The position numbers and the translations under genes were made by a program. Positions 17,736-28,409 of a DNA stretch of 64,000 bases are shown here, in pieces. The stretch comes from Candidatus Poribacteria bacterium. GTDB lineage: Bacteria > Poribacteria > WGA-4E > PCPOR2b. The stretch is from the NCBI GenBank assembly GCA_965218095.1, contig OZ244587.1:2752001-2816000 (forward strand), read 5' to 3'. Below the pieces are notes generated by a model. That model saw only the letters and a list, made by a program, of their open reading frames with translations. It had not been told where the DNA came from and did no database searches. Numbering within the stretch: position 1 is the stretch's first letter; each line of letters starts with the position of its first letter.

Positions 17736-19202
17736 TCACTCAACAACGACTTCCGGTCTGCCTTCCACCATCCACTCCGTATGGAAGACAGTCGGCTTTC
17801 CATCTGCGCCAACAACCGTCTTACCATCTGCCTCGATTCGGTTGTAGGTATGTGCGCCAAAGTAATCCCGTTGCGCCTGGATGAGGTTGGCAGACAACCG
17901 CTCGCTACGATAGCTATCGAAGTAAGCCAGCGCAGAACTAAATGCAGGTACCGGAATACCAAGCTGCGCCGCGGTTGCAACCACATGACGCCAATTGTTC
18001 TGAGTCCGTTCGATGACCTCTCGAAAGTAGGGGTCGACTAACAGATTTGGCAAGCTGGGGTCGCGCTCATAAGCATCAGCGATTCGATGCAGGAGACGGG
18101 CACGGATAATGCAGCCGCCACGCCATCCTAGAGCGATTGTTCCCGGATCGAGATTCCAGTTATGCTCGCTGCTCGCTTCGCGCATCAACGCAAACCCCTG
18201 GGCGTAAGAGCAGATCTTGGAAGCATAAAGGGCATCATGGATAGCCTGCAGCAACTCTGATTTGTCGCCCTCATATTTCCCACTGGGGCCATTGATGATC
18301 TGTGAGGCTTTGACCCGCTCCTCCTTAACCGCTGAGATACACCGGGCAAAGACCGCCTCCGCGATTGTCGGTGCGGAAATGCCGGCATCCAGTGCAGAGA
18401 TACTTGTCCATTTTCCCGTGCCCTTTTGACCAGCCGCATCAAGGATGACGTCAACGAGGGGGGTGCCTGATTTGTCCATCTGCGTGAAGACATCCGCCGT
18501 AATCTCAATCAGATACGAATCCAACTCGCCTTGATTCCAGTCCTTGAAAACCTGGTGGATCTCGGCAGCACTCATGCCCAGTGCATTTTTCATGAGCACA
18601 TAAGCTTCACTAATGATTTGCATGTCGCCGTACTCGATGCCGTTATGCACCATTTTGACATAGTGTCCCGCGCCGTCCGGACCGATGTACGACACGCACG
18701 GAACGCCGTCAACCTGGGCCGCAATCTTTGTGAAGATTGGCTCGACAAGCGCGTAAGCCTCACGGTCGCCGCCGGGCATCATCGCAGGCCCATATCGGGC
18801 GCCTTCCTCACCTCCCGATATTCCTGTTCCCATGAACCGTATCCTCTTCTCTGCAAGGTCATTACTACGGCGGATGGTATCCGAAAAATTCGAGTTTCCG
18901 CCATCGATGATCAGATCCCCTTCTGAGAGATGTGGCGTCAGTTGGTTAATACAGGCATCAACCGCAAAGCCCGCCTGCACCATCAGGATCATTTTTCTGG
19001 GCGTGCTCAGGGAATCAACGAACTCCTCAATTGAGTGTGCCCCAACGAAATTCTTACCCTTTGCCCGGCTTTCGATGAAGTTGTCCACCTTTGAGACGGT
19101 ACGATTGAATACCGCGATCTGAAACCCTCTGCTCTCGATATTGAGAGCTAAGTTTTCGCCCATCACTGCTAATCCGATGAGCCCAATGTCAGCTTTTGCC
19201 AT
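17736..19202 (-). CDS. gndA: NADP-dependent 6-phosphogluconate dehydrogenase
   Basis: GLAVMGENLALN, SGGEEGA, VKMVHNGIEYGDMQ, QKGTGKW, QAQRDYFGAHTY. Confidence 0.97.
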   Translation of the reverse strand: MAKADIGLIGLAVMGENLALNIESRGFQIAVFNRTVSKVDNFIESRAKGKNFVGAHSIEEFVDSLSTPRKMILMVQAGFAVDACINQLTPHLSEGDLIIDGGNSNFSDTIRRSNDLAEKRIRFMGTGISGGEEGARYGPAMMPGGDREAYALVEPIFTKIAAQVDGVPCVSYIGPDGAGHYVKMVHNGIEYGDMQIISEAYVLMKNALGMSAAEIHQVFKDWNQGELDSYLIEITADVFTQMDKSGTPLVDVILDAAGQKGTGKWTSISALDAGISAPTIAEAVFARCISAVKEERVKASQIINGPSGKYEGDKSELLQAIHDALYASKICSYAQGFALMREASSEHNWNLDPGTIALGWRGGCIIRARLLHRIADAYERDPSLPNLLVDPYFREVIERTQNNWRHVVATAAQLGIPVPAFSSALAYFDSYRSERLSANLIQAQRDYFGAHTYNRIEADGKTVVGADGKPTVFHTEWMVEGRPEVVVE

Positions 19203-19393
19203 TTTACATTCCTCCTGATTAGTTTTTCCTGGTAACTAACGTTAATTGCTTTGGATATGATACACCACTCTGGAAATACGGTTAACTGAAAAATTATGCC
19301 AACGGTTCACCTCATAAAACGGATCTTTCACCTTGACACATGCCTCCCTTTTTGATATGCTTGCAGCACGCTATAGATTCCAAATCTTAATAC

Positions 19394-20255
19394 ATGCATG
19401 CTCAAAGGAGAAGAGGAATAACTCGACAACTGAAAATTGCGATGATGTTAACTATTGTTGTTATATTGGCTGCTTGCAGCGGTGGGAAGGTGATGGAGGT
19501 AAAGGATACCGGGACCTCGCAAGCGTCGCCTCATGATACCTCAGAAGAATTTACTGGTGAGAAGATTACGGTCGCCGTTCTCGATTTTGAAAACAATTTT
19601 GGTGGCCCAAACAGAGAAGCGCTCGAAGGTTATAAATTCGGTTTAACGGACATGTTTATCACCGAACCCTCTAAAATTAAGGCGTTCACGGTGATTGAAC
19701 GGACACGCCTCACAGAGGTTGCCAATGAGTTGGCACTCACGGATCTGGCGGCGCTTGACCCGGACACCGCGCAACAGGTTGGACATTTGCTAGGCGCTCA
19801 GGTACTTTATTATGGTGGTTACACCGGAAGCAATCTATTCGCCCTCAGTGCAAGGCTTACACGAGTCGAGACTGGGGAGATTCTCCACTCCACGACCTCG
19901 GTGTCGAACCTGACGATAGGAAATTTTGCCTCTTGTCAGGGAGATGTCAAAAGATCTCGCAAAAGCCATCAAGAAGGAACGAAATTTCTTGATGGCTGAC
20001 ATCTACTACTCCAGAGGCAGAACGACTGAAGAAGACAAGGGCAATGTGGATAAGGCAATTGAGTTGTACGAGAAAGTCATTAAGCACTATTCGATAGGAG
20101 GGGGGCACGGGGTAGCAAGTCCAAAATTGGCTGACATCTACTACTCTAAAGGCAAAACGGCTAAGAGGGAAGGCGATATTGATAAGGCACTGGAACTCTA
20201 CAAAAAAGCCCTTAAGTACTTCCCGAAACACGAATTAAGCCAGAAAGCCATCTAG
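19394..20255 (+). pseudogene. CsgG/TolB-N-like lipoprotein with C-terminal TPR repeats, frameshifted near 19925
   Basis: LAAC lipobox, VAVLDFEN, VIER..L, ARL..VETGEI; continues in another frame into duplicated ADIYYS.G...DKA.ELY.K repeats. Confidence 0.75.
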
Positions 20256-20382
20256 GGTCAGGAGGGAAAAGAGTAATCTTTCAGGAAGTTCGCGCGTTCT
20301 AAAACACAAGTTGGACGGGTGTGCTATCACCAGATGTTTCACAAGCCATGACGAGCGCGGTTCTCACTCCTCGCCGAGTCAA

Positions 20383-21009
20383 TCACGCCCGAAGATAATG
20401 GCGAAGTTGCTTTCTCAGGTTCCGGTGCGCATGGAAGAGGTGCGCCTTTACAGTGCCGCTAGATCGCCCCACGGTATTGGCAATCTCTTTGAGCGAAAGC
20501 CCATCCCAGTGGCGAAGAATGAAAATCTCACGCTGTTTGGGTGCCAGTTGCATGATTGCTCTGCGGAGATAGACTAACAGTTCTTTGTTTTCGAGTGCTT
20601 GTGGTGGGGATGTCAGACTCAGGTCGGCGATATTCATCATCGGGAGGTCGTCGGAGTCCAATGCGTAATTTATCATCTCGCGCCGCGCGTTCTTACGCAG
20701 GAAATCGATGCAAAGGTTGACGGTAATTCGGTAGAGCCAACTATAAAATTGAGACTTTCTCTTGAAATCTGGAAGTCCCTGATAAGCTCTGATAAAAGCG
20801 TCTTGAGTAATATCGAGTGCATCCTCGGAATTCGGAACAAAACGTTGGGCGAGTCGGTAAGTACGGTCATGGTAGCGCACAACCAGCGTATCGAAGACCG
20901 ATTCATCTCCCCTTTGAAACTGCTCGATAAGTTGTGCATCGTCGGAGAACGCTTGTACGCATCGTGGGAATACTTTTTGACAATCTTCTTCTTGCATTTT
21001 TCCTCTCAC
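20383..21009 (-). CDS. ECF RNA polymerase sigma factor
   Basis: D..LI...GD..FD.LV.RY, DITQDAFIRAY, FYSWLYRI.VN, GTVKAHLFHA. Confidence 0.93.
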   Translation of the reverse strand: MRGKMQEEDCQKVFPRCVQAFSDDAQLIEQFQRGDESVFDTLVVRYHDRTYRLAQRFVPNSEDALDITQDAFIRAYQGLPDFKRKSQFYSWLYRITVNLCIDFLRKNARREMINYALDSDDLPMMNIADLSLTSPPQALENKELLVYLRRAIMQLAPKQREIFILRHWDGLSLKEIANTVGRSSGTVKAHLFHAHRNLRKQLRHYLRA

Positions 21010-21048
21010 AAAAGATGAATCGTGGAATGATTGGAATACTTATCCGCA

Positions 21049-21915
21049 TCAATCCATCTGCTTAATCATATCGGAAAACCAGCGTTTATACCTTTGATTG
21101 TCTTGAACCATTTGCTGAAAAACCGCTAAACTCGCGTTGTCATTCGCCGCCTGTGCAGTATCCGCGAGTTCTAGTATTTCTTCAAGCACAATCTTATCCT
21201 GGCGGATGAGATCGGACAATGCCGTTTTCAAACTTTGTCCATGTCCAAGCAGATCGAAAATTTGATTGGCATGGCGAATCTCCTCCGAAGCCACCTGCTT
21301 CAAATAGGCGGCGAGTTCGTGTTGGTTTTGTTCATCCGCCATCTCTGCCAAGATAAATCGTGTGCCGATCGACGTCAACTTTGCATGCGCCAACTCCTCC
21401 AACTCAGCTTCCAGACGTTTTTGCAGATGCCCCGCATCCCGTGGATGAAGTTGATCGTAGCTTGGCCAAACCGGCTTCTCCATCACCTGTTTCAGGCGCG
21501 TCAGACTTTTAATCAGTTCATCCTGTTCTTCAGGGGGCAACTGTCCAATCGTTTGATGCCAGAAATGGGTCGCGCTCTCTGCCCTGTCCTGAAAAAGTTG
21601 CTGCGATTGCGGTGTGAGTTGCACCCGGCTCTGCCGGCGATCTGTATCGCATTTACGCCGAATCGTCCATCCATCGCGCTCCAGGCGATCGACAAGTCCA
21701 GAAACGGTGCTGTGAGCGAGCCCGAGATGTTCTCCCAGTTCACCGATGGTCATGCCGGAGTCACCGCCATACCAATAGAGGTGCAGCAACGCGTTAAACT
21801 GCACGATCGTTAGTTTGTTCGGCACGACCTGCTGGATAAAACGTGATTTCACAGCGCCCTGCGCGAGTTTCATCACGCGCATGATTAGCATAGCATTTTC
21901 AGCGTGCTTGGACAT
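21049..21915 (-). CDS. MarR-family regulator fused to a ferritin-like (rubrerythrin) domain
   Basis: N-terminal LT..QF..L, ELGEHLGL..STVSGLVDRLE, DRR...V.LT; C-terminal ASEEIRHA four-helix pattern. Confidence 0.8.
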   Translation of the reverse strand: MSKHAENAMLIMRVMKLAQGAVKSRFIQQVVPNKLTIVQFNALLHLYWYGGDSGMTIGELGEHLGLAHSTVSGLVDRLERDGWTIRRKCDTDRRQSRVQLTPQSQQLFQDRAESATHFWHQTIGQLPPEEQDELIKSLTRLKQVMEKPVWPSYDQLHPRDAGHLQKRLEAELEELAHAKLTSIGTRFILAEMADEQNQHELAAYLKQVASEEIRHANQIFDLLGHGQSLKTALSDLIRQDKIVLEEILELADTAQAANDNASLAVFQQMVQDNQRYKRWFSDMIKQMD

Positions 21916-21976
21916 TTTCCCCAGCTCACTTCAAAATTGCGTCGGATAACAGACATTATTCCATTGTATACGACAT

Positions 21977-22005
21977 ATTTTACCCGTAAATTCTGCGAAA
22001 GTCAA
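21977..22005 (-). promoter_or_regulatory. Sigma70-type promoter of the marR-sigma unit
   Basis: TTGACT-17 nt-TAAAAT. Confidence 0.6.
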
Positions 22006-22068
22006 ATCAAAGTTTGACAAAAATGCGCCTCCAGGTGATGATATTATAAACAGGGAGGTTCATTTTCC

Positions 22069-22235
22069 TGTGCTATCACTAAGCCTTTGAGAATCCGCAT
22101 CGGAACTGGAAAATTCACGTCGCAAAAGTTCAAGGGTTCATTGAACGCCTCAACCCCTGAACGCATGAACTCAAATCCCTGGCCGTTGGATCTATGCGCT
22201 AGATGGAACAGATTTTCTTTGGCAGTCGGAGTACA
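22069..22235. repeat. MITE-like dispersed repeat, family A
   Basis: TGTGCTATCACTAAGCCTTTGAGAATCCGCATCGGAACTGGAAA closely matches 33292 onward. Confidence 0.7.
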
Positions 22236-22331
22236 TTTTGATCTTCGCTTTACTGGTAACTGCCTATCTAAAACAGATTGCCAGAATCTAATACCATCTC
22301 GATTTTGATTGAAAATTCAGGAGGTCGTCAA

Positions 22332-23115
22332 ATGAAAAACGTCTTGGCTTGTGTCGGCGGTTATGGCCGTTACGAGCACATCATGTATGATCATTTAACC
22401 ACCTTTAACCACCATTGGGGTGAGCCATTTGCAAATCGCCGCACCGCCGGTTTCGGAAGCTGCGGAAGTACAAGCGCGTCTGCGCCAGCACGGTTTGGAG
22501 GCGGTTGTGCTGATGGCGAAGTATCTGGAGGAAGATACCGTCGCGACAGACGAGGCGATGGCGGATTGGGTTTGCGCTTTCAATGCAGCGGTACGCATGA
22601 ACGTCTCGCTGGTACACAGCAGCGTCAAAGCAGGCCCAGGGGTTAAGTCTCGCGTATACGACTGGCTTGCAAAAATGGGCGATGAAGTCGCTTCCCGGAA
22701 CATCACGTTGGTGCTCGAAACCCATCCAAACCTGCTCCACAACGGGGATGTTTGCTTAGAGACTATGGAAGCCGTGGACCACCCGGCTGTCCGCATCAAT
22801 TTCGACACAGGCAACGTGTCCTTCTACAACAAGGGTGGAGATGCAGTTGCGGAACTCCAGAAAATTGCCTTATACGTTGCCAGCACGCACCTGAAAGACC
22901 ACAACGGCAAATTCGAGGATTGGCACTTCACAACACTCGGTACGGGCGTCGTGGACTTCGCGGGGGTACTGAGAACGCTCAAGGCGGTTGACTACGCGGG
23001 ACCGTGGATACTCCAGCCTGAAGGTGTCCGGGGGGAAGATCTGACTGAAGCGCAGACCAAAGAGCGCATAGAAAAGTCGGTGGAACACCTCCGCAGGCTC
23101 GGCTATGAGGGCTAA
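22332..23115 (+). pseudogene. Sugar phosphate isomerase/epimerase, frameshifted by a 10-bp tandem duplication
   Basis: RBS GGAGG + ATG 22332; TTTAACCACC is repeated twice near 22394-22413 and removing one copy restores the frame; LETH, NFDTGN, HLKD motifs. Confidence 0.85.
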
Positions 23116-23319
23116 TACAACTTTTTCAGTTATTACCCAATTTCGATGCAAAGTAGGAGTCGGAAGAGGTGACATGGAAACACAGAGATTGGAAGGAGGA
23201 GAGAGACAAACTCCCATTCTTCCTGTCCTTCCCTTCTTCCATTCCTTTCACGTTTCACGCATCACGTTTCACACGATTTTCGCGTTTCCTCAAAAAATGA
23301 GCGACCTGTACAGCCCGAA

Positions 23320-23871
23320 TTGGTGAGTGCGGCGCAATCTAAATTCGGGCCAATTCACACAGCCCTCTGCCATATCGGTATGGTCATCCCAAAGCCGTTG
23401 CTCGAATACACTGACGATGAATGGGATGAAACGATGGCGGTCAACGTCAGGACGGCTTTTCTGTTGGGCAAAGCTGCGTCACAGGCGATGCTTGATGATG
23501 AAGTCGCCGGACATCTCATTTTTACCATCTCCTGGGTCGCCGATGTGCCATGGCCAGAAATTGGCCCCTACAACGCCAGCAAAGCAGCGATGAAACAGTT
23601 GATGCGGTCTTTCGCACACGAGCTGGCTGACAAAGGCATCCGTGCCAACGCCATCGCGCCCGGAATCGTTAGTGTGGGGCTTGCCAAACATTAGTGGGAC
23701 ACCGACCCCAGCTACAAGGCGCGAGCCCAGAAGGCGATTCCGCTGGGGTATATGCAGCCGCTTGAGTCGGTGGCGAATGCGTTTTTATTCCTCTGTAGCT
23801 TAGCTGCCGATTACATGACCGGATCCGTTCTGCTTGTTGATGGGGGTTGCAGCCTTTATCCGATGGATTAA
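23320..23871 (+). pseudogene. SDR oxidoreductase, 5'-truncated, with in-frame TAG
   Basis: YNASK, GIRANAIAPG; TAG at 23692-23694 then WDTDP...YMTGSVLLVDGG to TAA 23871. Confidence 0.85.
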
Positions 23872-23981
23872 TGGAAAGGAAGGAAGTCTCCTCCTATCCA
23901 TCCCTTCCTTCTTCCGAGTTTCTCTGAAAAACTTATACCAATTCTGAATGACAATCAGGCATAACTTTTGGAGGCGAGGAA

Positions 23982-25169
23982 ATGATTACGAAGTTTGGTA
24001 CGCTATTCGCGGGGCATGTTGACCTCGAAGATGTAGGATTCGACGGCCCCCCTATAAACGCGCGCTGGCTCTCCGATGAACATCTGGCAACCGTGTTCGA
24101 CAAGACCCGAGCCATCGCGCAACTCATGGACCGCACCGGCTACGAGACCCTCTGGCTAGCTGAACACCACTTTCAGCGCGAGGGGTATGAGTGCATCCCT
24201 AACCTTCTGATGCTCGGCGTTCATCTCGCTCACGTGACTGAGAGACTCAAGATCGGAAGCGCCTTCAACATTCCTCCCATGTGGCACCCACTGCGACTGG
24301 CCGAGGATTTTGCCACCGCCGACATTCTCACAGGTGGACGTATCATCTTTGGCATAGGTCGAGGCTACCACACTCGCGAGGTCGAGGTCTTTGGGGCGCC
24401 TCTGCTGGATAAAGATGCCAACTGCGAGCTGTTCGAGGAGCAGGTTGACATTATCTTCAAGTCGTTCAATGAGCCGTCCTTCTCCCACCACGGCAAGTAC
24501 TACGACATCCCGCCTAAGGTCCCGTACCGGGGGTATGAGTTGGAGGAGATTACACTGGTGCCCCGTCCGCTGAATCTGCCTGTGGAATGCTGGCAGCCTA
24601 TCGTCAGTGCCAGCGAGCGTGGCCTCAACTTTATGGCGAAGCACGGCATCAAGGGGATGATCGGCGGCGGAGCGGCTGCGGGCGGCGCCGCGGACAAAGT
24701 AATGCACACTTGGCAGCAGGTGCAAGCGAATCATGGTAGGGAGATGGCGCTCGGCGGCGACCTGATTATCGGCCTCTCCTTCCATATCGCCGACACTGAG
24801 GAAAAGGCCATCAATGAGGCCCAGAAATACTTTGAAGAGCACATGAAGATGTTCGCGCCTCTGGGGTTCGTGCGTGGATTGACGGACGAACAGATCGCCG
24901 CCACAGGCCATCCGCAGAAGGCGCGCACCGCGGGCCTGCCGACGCTGGAAGATGCCATGAAGGCAGGTTCGTGGCTGTGCGGACCGCCTGAATTGATAAC
25001 CGAAAAGCTCATGGACGTTCAGGAACGCTATCTTGGACTTGAACGGGTCAACATCAACAACACCGTCGGTACGCCCGAGCGCGTGATTTTGGAGCAGCTC
25101 GACTGGTTCGCCAAAGATGTCATGCCTGCATTCAAAAGCCAGGTCAGCACCCCGGCAGCAAATGACTAA
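23982..25169 (+). CDS. LLM class flavin-dependent oxidoreductase
   Basis: WLAEHHFQ, HPLRLAEDFATADILTGGR..FGIGRGY. Confidence 0.92.
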   Translation: MITKFGTLFAGHVDLEDVGFDGPPINARWLSDEHLATVFDKTRAIAQLMDRTGYETLWLAEHHFQREGYECIPNLLMLGVHLAHVTERLKIGSAFNIPPMWHPLRLAEDFATADILTGGRIIFGIGRGYHTREVEVFGAPLLDKDANCELFEEQVDIIFKSFNEPSFSHHGKYYDIPPKVPYRGYELEEITLVPRPLNLPVECWQPIVSASERGLNFMAKHGIKGMIGGGAAAGGAADKVMHTWQQVQANHGREMALGGDLIIGLSFHIADTEEKAINEAQKYFEEHMKMFAPLGFVRGLTDEQIAATGHPQKARTAGLPTLEDAMKAGSWLCGPPELITEKLMDVQERYLGLERVNINNTVGTPERVILEQLDWFAKDVMPAFKSQVSTPAAND

Positions 25170-25646
25170 TGCCGCATAAGAACGGATTGCTTAAGCGCAG
25201 AGCATCGGAGGCCCTAATACCGATTTAGGTTTTTGATTTTCCATCAGATAACCCCCTCTAACTCCCCCTTCTCAAGGGAGAGAACCGCTCTCTCCTCTTC
25301 TTGCGAAGGAGGGGATGGGGGGAAGTCAGAATGAGAGATTTAAACCCTAATCCAGTATGAGGCGGTCTCGAACCACTTCTGTCCCCCGGGGGACTGCGAT
25401 GTGTGGTCGAGTGACCCTGAATGCGGTGTTCCCTTACCCGCACTTTGTGGGGTGTCCTTTTGACGTCCCGGTGGTGTCCCGTGGCAACGATGGTGAGCCC
25501 TTTTGGAATCTATCCGTATGTTTACTTGGTTGATGGGGTGGTTAAACAGGAACAACTGTTGCATATTCACAAATAAGGAGCTCAGTCGCCTCTCGATACA
25601 CCACGCGACTCAATCCGGGGATTTTTTATGTTTTACGCTTCACGTT

Positions 25647-27803
25647 TCACATCTCAACGACCACATTCCCCCACTCGTCCCGATAAGCTGTGTAGTCTGG
25701 TGGAACGAGGATCGTCGTGTCATACTCTTCGACGATGAGCGGTCCGCTTTGAGACTCACTCCCCAGAACTTCGCGGGAGAGGACAGGCACATCCAGCCAG
25801 CCCGTTTCCGCACCGAAGTAGCAGCGACGATTGCGGCTTTCGGCTCTCGGCTCTCGGCTTTCGGCTTTCGGATTGTGGGTGTGCGATTTGGAAGTTGGGA
25901 TGAGGGCGGTCAAGCGCAAGTTGACGACTTCAATCGGGTCGTTGGGCGCACGGTGGCCATAGGTTCGCTCGTGCTCGGCGGCAAAGCGTTCTCCCAATTT
26001 GTGGACAAACTGCGGGTCTCCAACATCGGTGTCGGTGATTGGCAGCGTCAGTTCGGACGACTGTCCAACATAGCGAAGGTCCACCGCACGCTGCAAAACG
26101 ACGTTCGTAGTTAGGCGATTCATCACCGTGCTTGACGTGGGTTGAATTGCGCTACTACCGACCAGCTCTGCCTGTGCTGATGTTTCCATCTGATTCAACG
26201 TTTCCTTGAGTTCGTCCGTGTCTAGTTCAGCGAGCGGGTGCTTGTAGGTCTGGATCGCGTGATGCGCGATGTCCGCAAACAGCAGCCCAAACGCGCTGAA
26301 GAGACCGGGTGAGGGTGGGATGAGGATGCGCTTCATGCCAAGTGCCCCTGCCAACTCCGTTGCGTGCAAGGGGCCGCTGCCGCCGAAAGCACACAGGACA
26401 AACTCCCGTGGATCGCGTCCGCGTTCCAGCGACACCGCCCTCGCCGCCCGCGCCATGTTCGCCGCGGCGATGCGATAGATACCATAGGCGGCTTCGGGGG
26501 GCCTCATGTTGAAGCGAGAAGCGATTTTATCGTGCAGCGCCTGGTGTGCCTTTTCTGCGTTCAACGGCAACGCACCGCCCGCGAGGTGGTCAGGATTGAG
26601 ATAGCCCAACACCACATCGGCGTCGGTGAGCGTCGGTTCTTCTCCACCCAATGCATAACAGGCGGGCCCGGGTACCGCGCCTGCGCTTTGCGGCCCAACC
26701 CGCATCCCTCCTCCCTTGTCTAGGTACACGATGCTCCCACCCCCCGCACCGACCTCCGCGATGTCAATGGCGGGCACACGAAGCGGATAGCCTCCGCCCC
26801 GGCTCAAGCGGGCGCCGATCGAAATGCCGCCACCCACTTGGTATTCCGGCGAGCGCATGACCTGTCCTGCCTCAATCAGTGACGCCTTCGCGGTGGTGCC
26901 GCCCATGTCGAGCGTCAGGACATTGGTTAAACCGACACGTTCTGCGAGCGTAAGCGCCGCGATAACACCCGCCGCCGGTCCCGATTCGATAATGTGAATA
27001 GGCCTATCGGCAGCGGCGGGGGCGGACATGACGCCGCCGTTGGATTGCATGATGTAGAGCGACGTGTGGTTGCTGGTGAGTGGTTGCTGGTGAGTGGTGG
27101 GTGATGGTTGAGTCAGTTGTTGGTTCAGTTGTTCGGATAACGAGCGCAGGTAACGACTGACGACAGGTTGCAAGTAGGCGTTGATGACAGTCGTGCTTGT
27201 ACGCTCATACTCTTTGATTTCGGGTAGCACTTCGCAAGACAGGGAGACGGGCAGGTTCGGCGCGAGTTCGTGGATCAGTTCGCCCAATTGCCGCTCGTGG
27301 GCCGGGTTGACGTAGGCGTTGATGAGACAAACAGCGAGCGATTCAACCTTTTGCGCTATCAGCCAGTGAATCACCTCTCTCGCGCCTTCGACGTCCAACG
27401 AATGCACCACCTCACCATCTGCGCCGATACGTTCCTCAACCTCGCGGCGCAAGCGTCTTGGCACCAATGGGGGCGGCTTCTCCCACGTCAGGTCGTACAG
27501 ACGTGGGTAGCGCAATCGTCCGATTTCGAGGACATCCCGAAAACCCTTCGTTGTGATGAGCCCGGTCAAAGCACCTTTGCGCTCAAGAATCGTGTTGGTC
27601 GCCACTGTCGTGCCGTGCACCACTTCGGCGATCTGGCGCGACACCAGCGGCGCCAAACCGGCGACGATGCCCTGCGCGTAATCATCCGGCGTCGATGGTG
27701 CCTTTTGCGCCAGCACCGCGCCATCGCTTCCCATCAGCACAATGTCAGTAAACGTCCCACCGATGTCAATGCCGAGGCGATGTATCTTTTGTGTTGAATT
27801 CAT
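25647..27803 (-). CDS. Hydantoinase/oxoprolinase family subunit A with three repeat-derived inserts
   Basis: GIDIGGTFTD, HGTTVATN, ESGPAAG, DMGGTTAK, FGGSGPLHA. Confidence 0.93.
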   Translation of the reverse strand: MNSTQKIHRLGIDIGGTFTDIVLMGSDGAVLAQKAPSTPDDYAQGIVAGLAPLVSRQIAEVVHGTTVATNTILERKGALTGLITTKGFRDVLEIGRLRYPRLYDLTWEKPPPLVPRRLRREVEERIGADGEVVHSLDVEGAREVIHWLIAQKVESLAVCLINAYVNPAHERQLGELIHELAPNLPVSLSCEVLPEIKEYERTSTTVINAYLQPVVSRYLRSLSEQLNQQLTQPSPTTHQQPLTSNHTSLYIMQSNGGVMSAPAAADRPIHIIESGPAAGVIAALTLAERVGLTNVLTLDMGGTTAKASLIEAGQVMRSPEYQVGGGISIGARLSRGGGYPLRVPAIDIAEVGAGGGSIVYLDKGGGMRVGPQSAGAVPGPACYALGGEEPTLTDADVVLGYLNPDHLAGGALPLNAEKAHQALHDKIASRFNMRPPEAAYGIYRIAAANMARAARAVSLERGRDPREFVLCAFGGSGPLHATELAGALGMKRILIPPSPGLFSAFGLLFADIAHHAIQTYKHPLAELDTDELKETLNQMETSAQAELVGSSAIQPTSSTVMNRLTTNVVLQRAVDLRYVGQSSELTLPITDTDVGDPQFVHKLGERFAAEHERTYGHRAPNDPIEVVNLRLTALIPTSKSHTHNPKAESREPRAESRNRRCYFGAETGWLDVPVLSREVLGSESQSGPLIVEEYDTTILVPPDYTAYRDEWGNVVVEM
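26107..26158. repeat. GTAG-type REP-like palindrome inserted in frame in the hydantoinase gene
   Basis: 42/52 identical by hand alignment to the intergenic copy at 38129-38180. Confidence 0.8.
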
Positions 27804-27819
27804 GTCACAGTTCCCTCGT

Positions 27820-28392
27820 TTATCGTTCGGTGGTCACTCCCGGAACGGGTGCCACAGTTCCCGTTGCTGACCCTGAATGGCAGCGTCTGCCTACCCATTT
27901 GTCAATCAACTCGAACACTCGATACGTTACGAAGTAGGTCGTAAGTGCCTCTTCCCAGAAATTCGGATTGTCTCTGAACGTCCAGTCAAGGTGAAATGGA
28001 TCTATTGCCCAGATCGGCTTATCAAGTCCCTTGATCCTCACAGCTTCCGCCATTACACAAAGGGACCCACCGCGATGGACACCGCAGTGGATGATATGCC
28101 CGCTGTTTTCTGACACATCATGCATCCCCGCCGCTAGCTCATAATAGACATAGAGCTCCGCGAATGAGTGCCAGACCGAATTTTTATTAACCATCATCAT
28201 CTGGCACATCGGATCGACAACCTTTTTTGTTTTCCTCGGCTGCCTTAATACAAATTCCTGAAACTGATTGCGTCGATCTTCCATATCTGCTATACTATAA
28301 TCGAGAGTTGCTCTGAATCTCCCGATAGGATCGGGATCCTCGATGGGAATCGGGACAGATTCTATCGGGGTTGCTTTGAATCCCGATTTCAT
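27820..28392 (-). pseudogene. TylF/MycF-like class I methyltransferase, 3'-truncated
   Basis: G.IIHCGVHRGGS...IWAIDPF; similarity is lost near 27893. Confidence 0.55.
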
Positions 28393-28409
28393 CGGGGGAG
28401 GTTTTCATC

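Noticed and set aside
19990-20225. DGR template/variable repeat pair
   Set aside because: An internal TPR duplication with differences at all four bases; no reverse transcriptase in the window
25350-25600. Gene or RNA between the LLM and hydantoinase genes
   Set aside because: Short ORFs with no recognisable motif; nothing supportable
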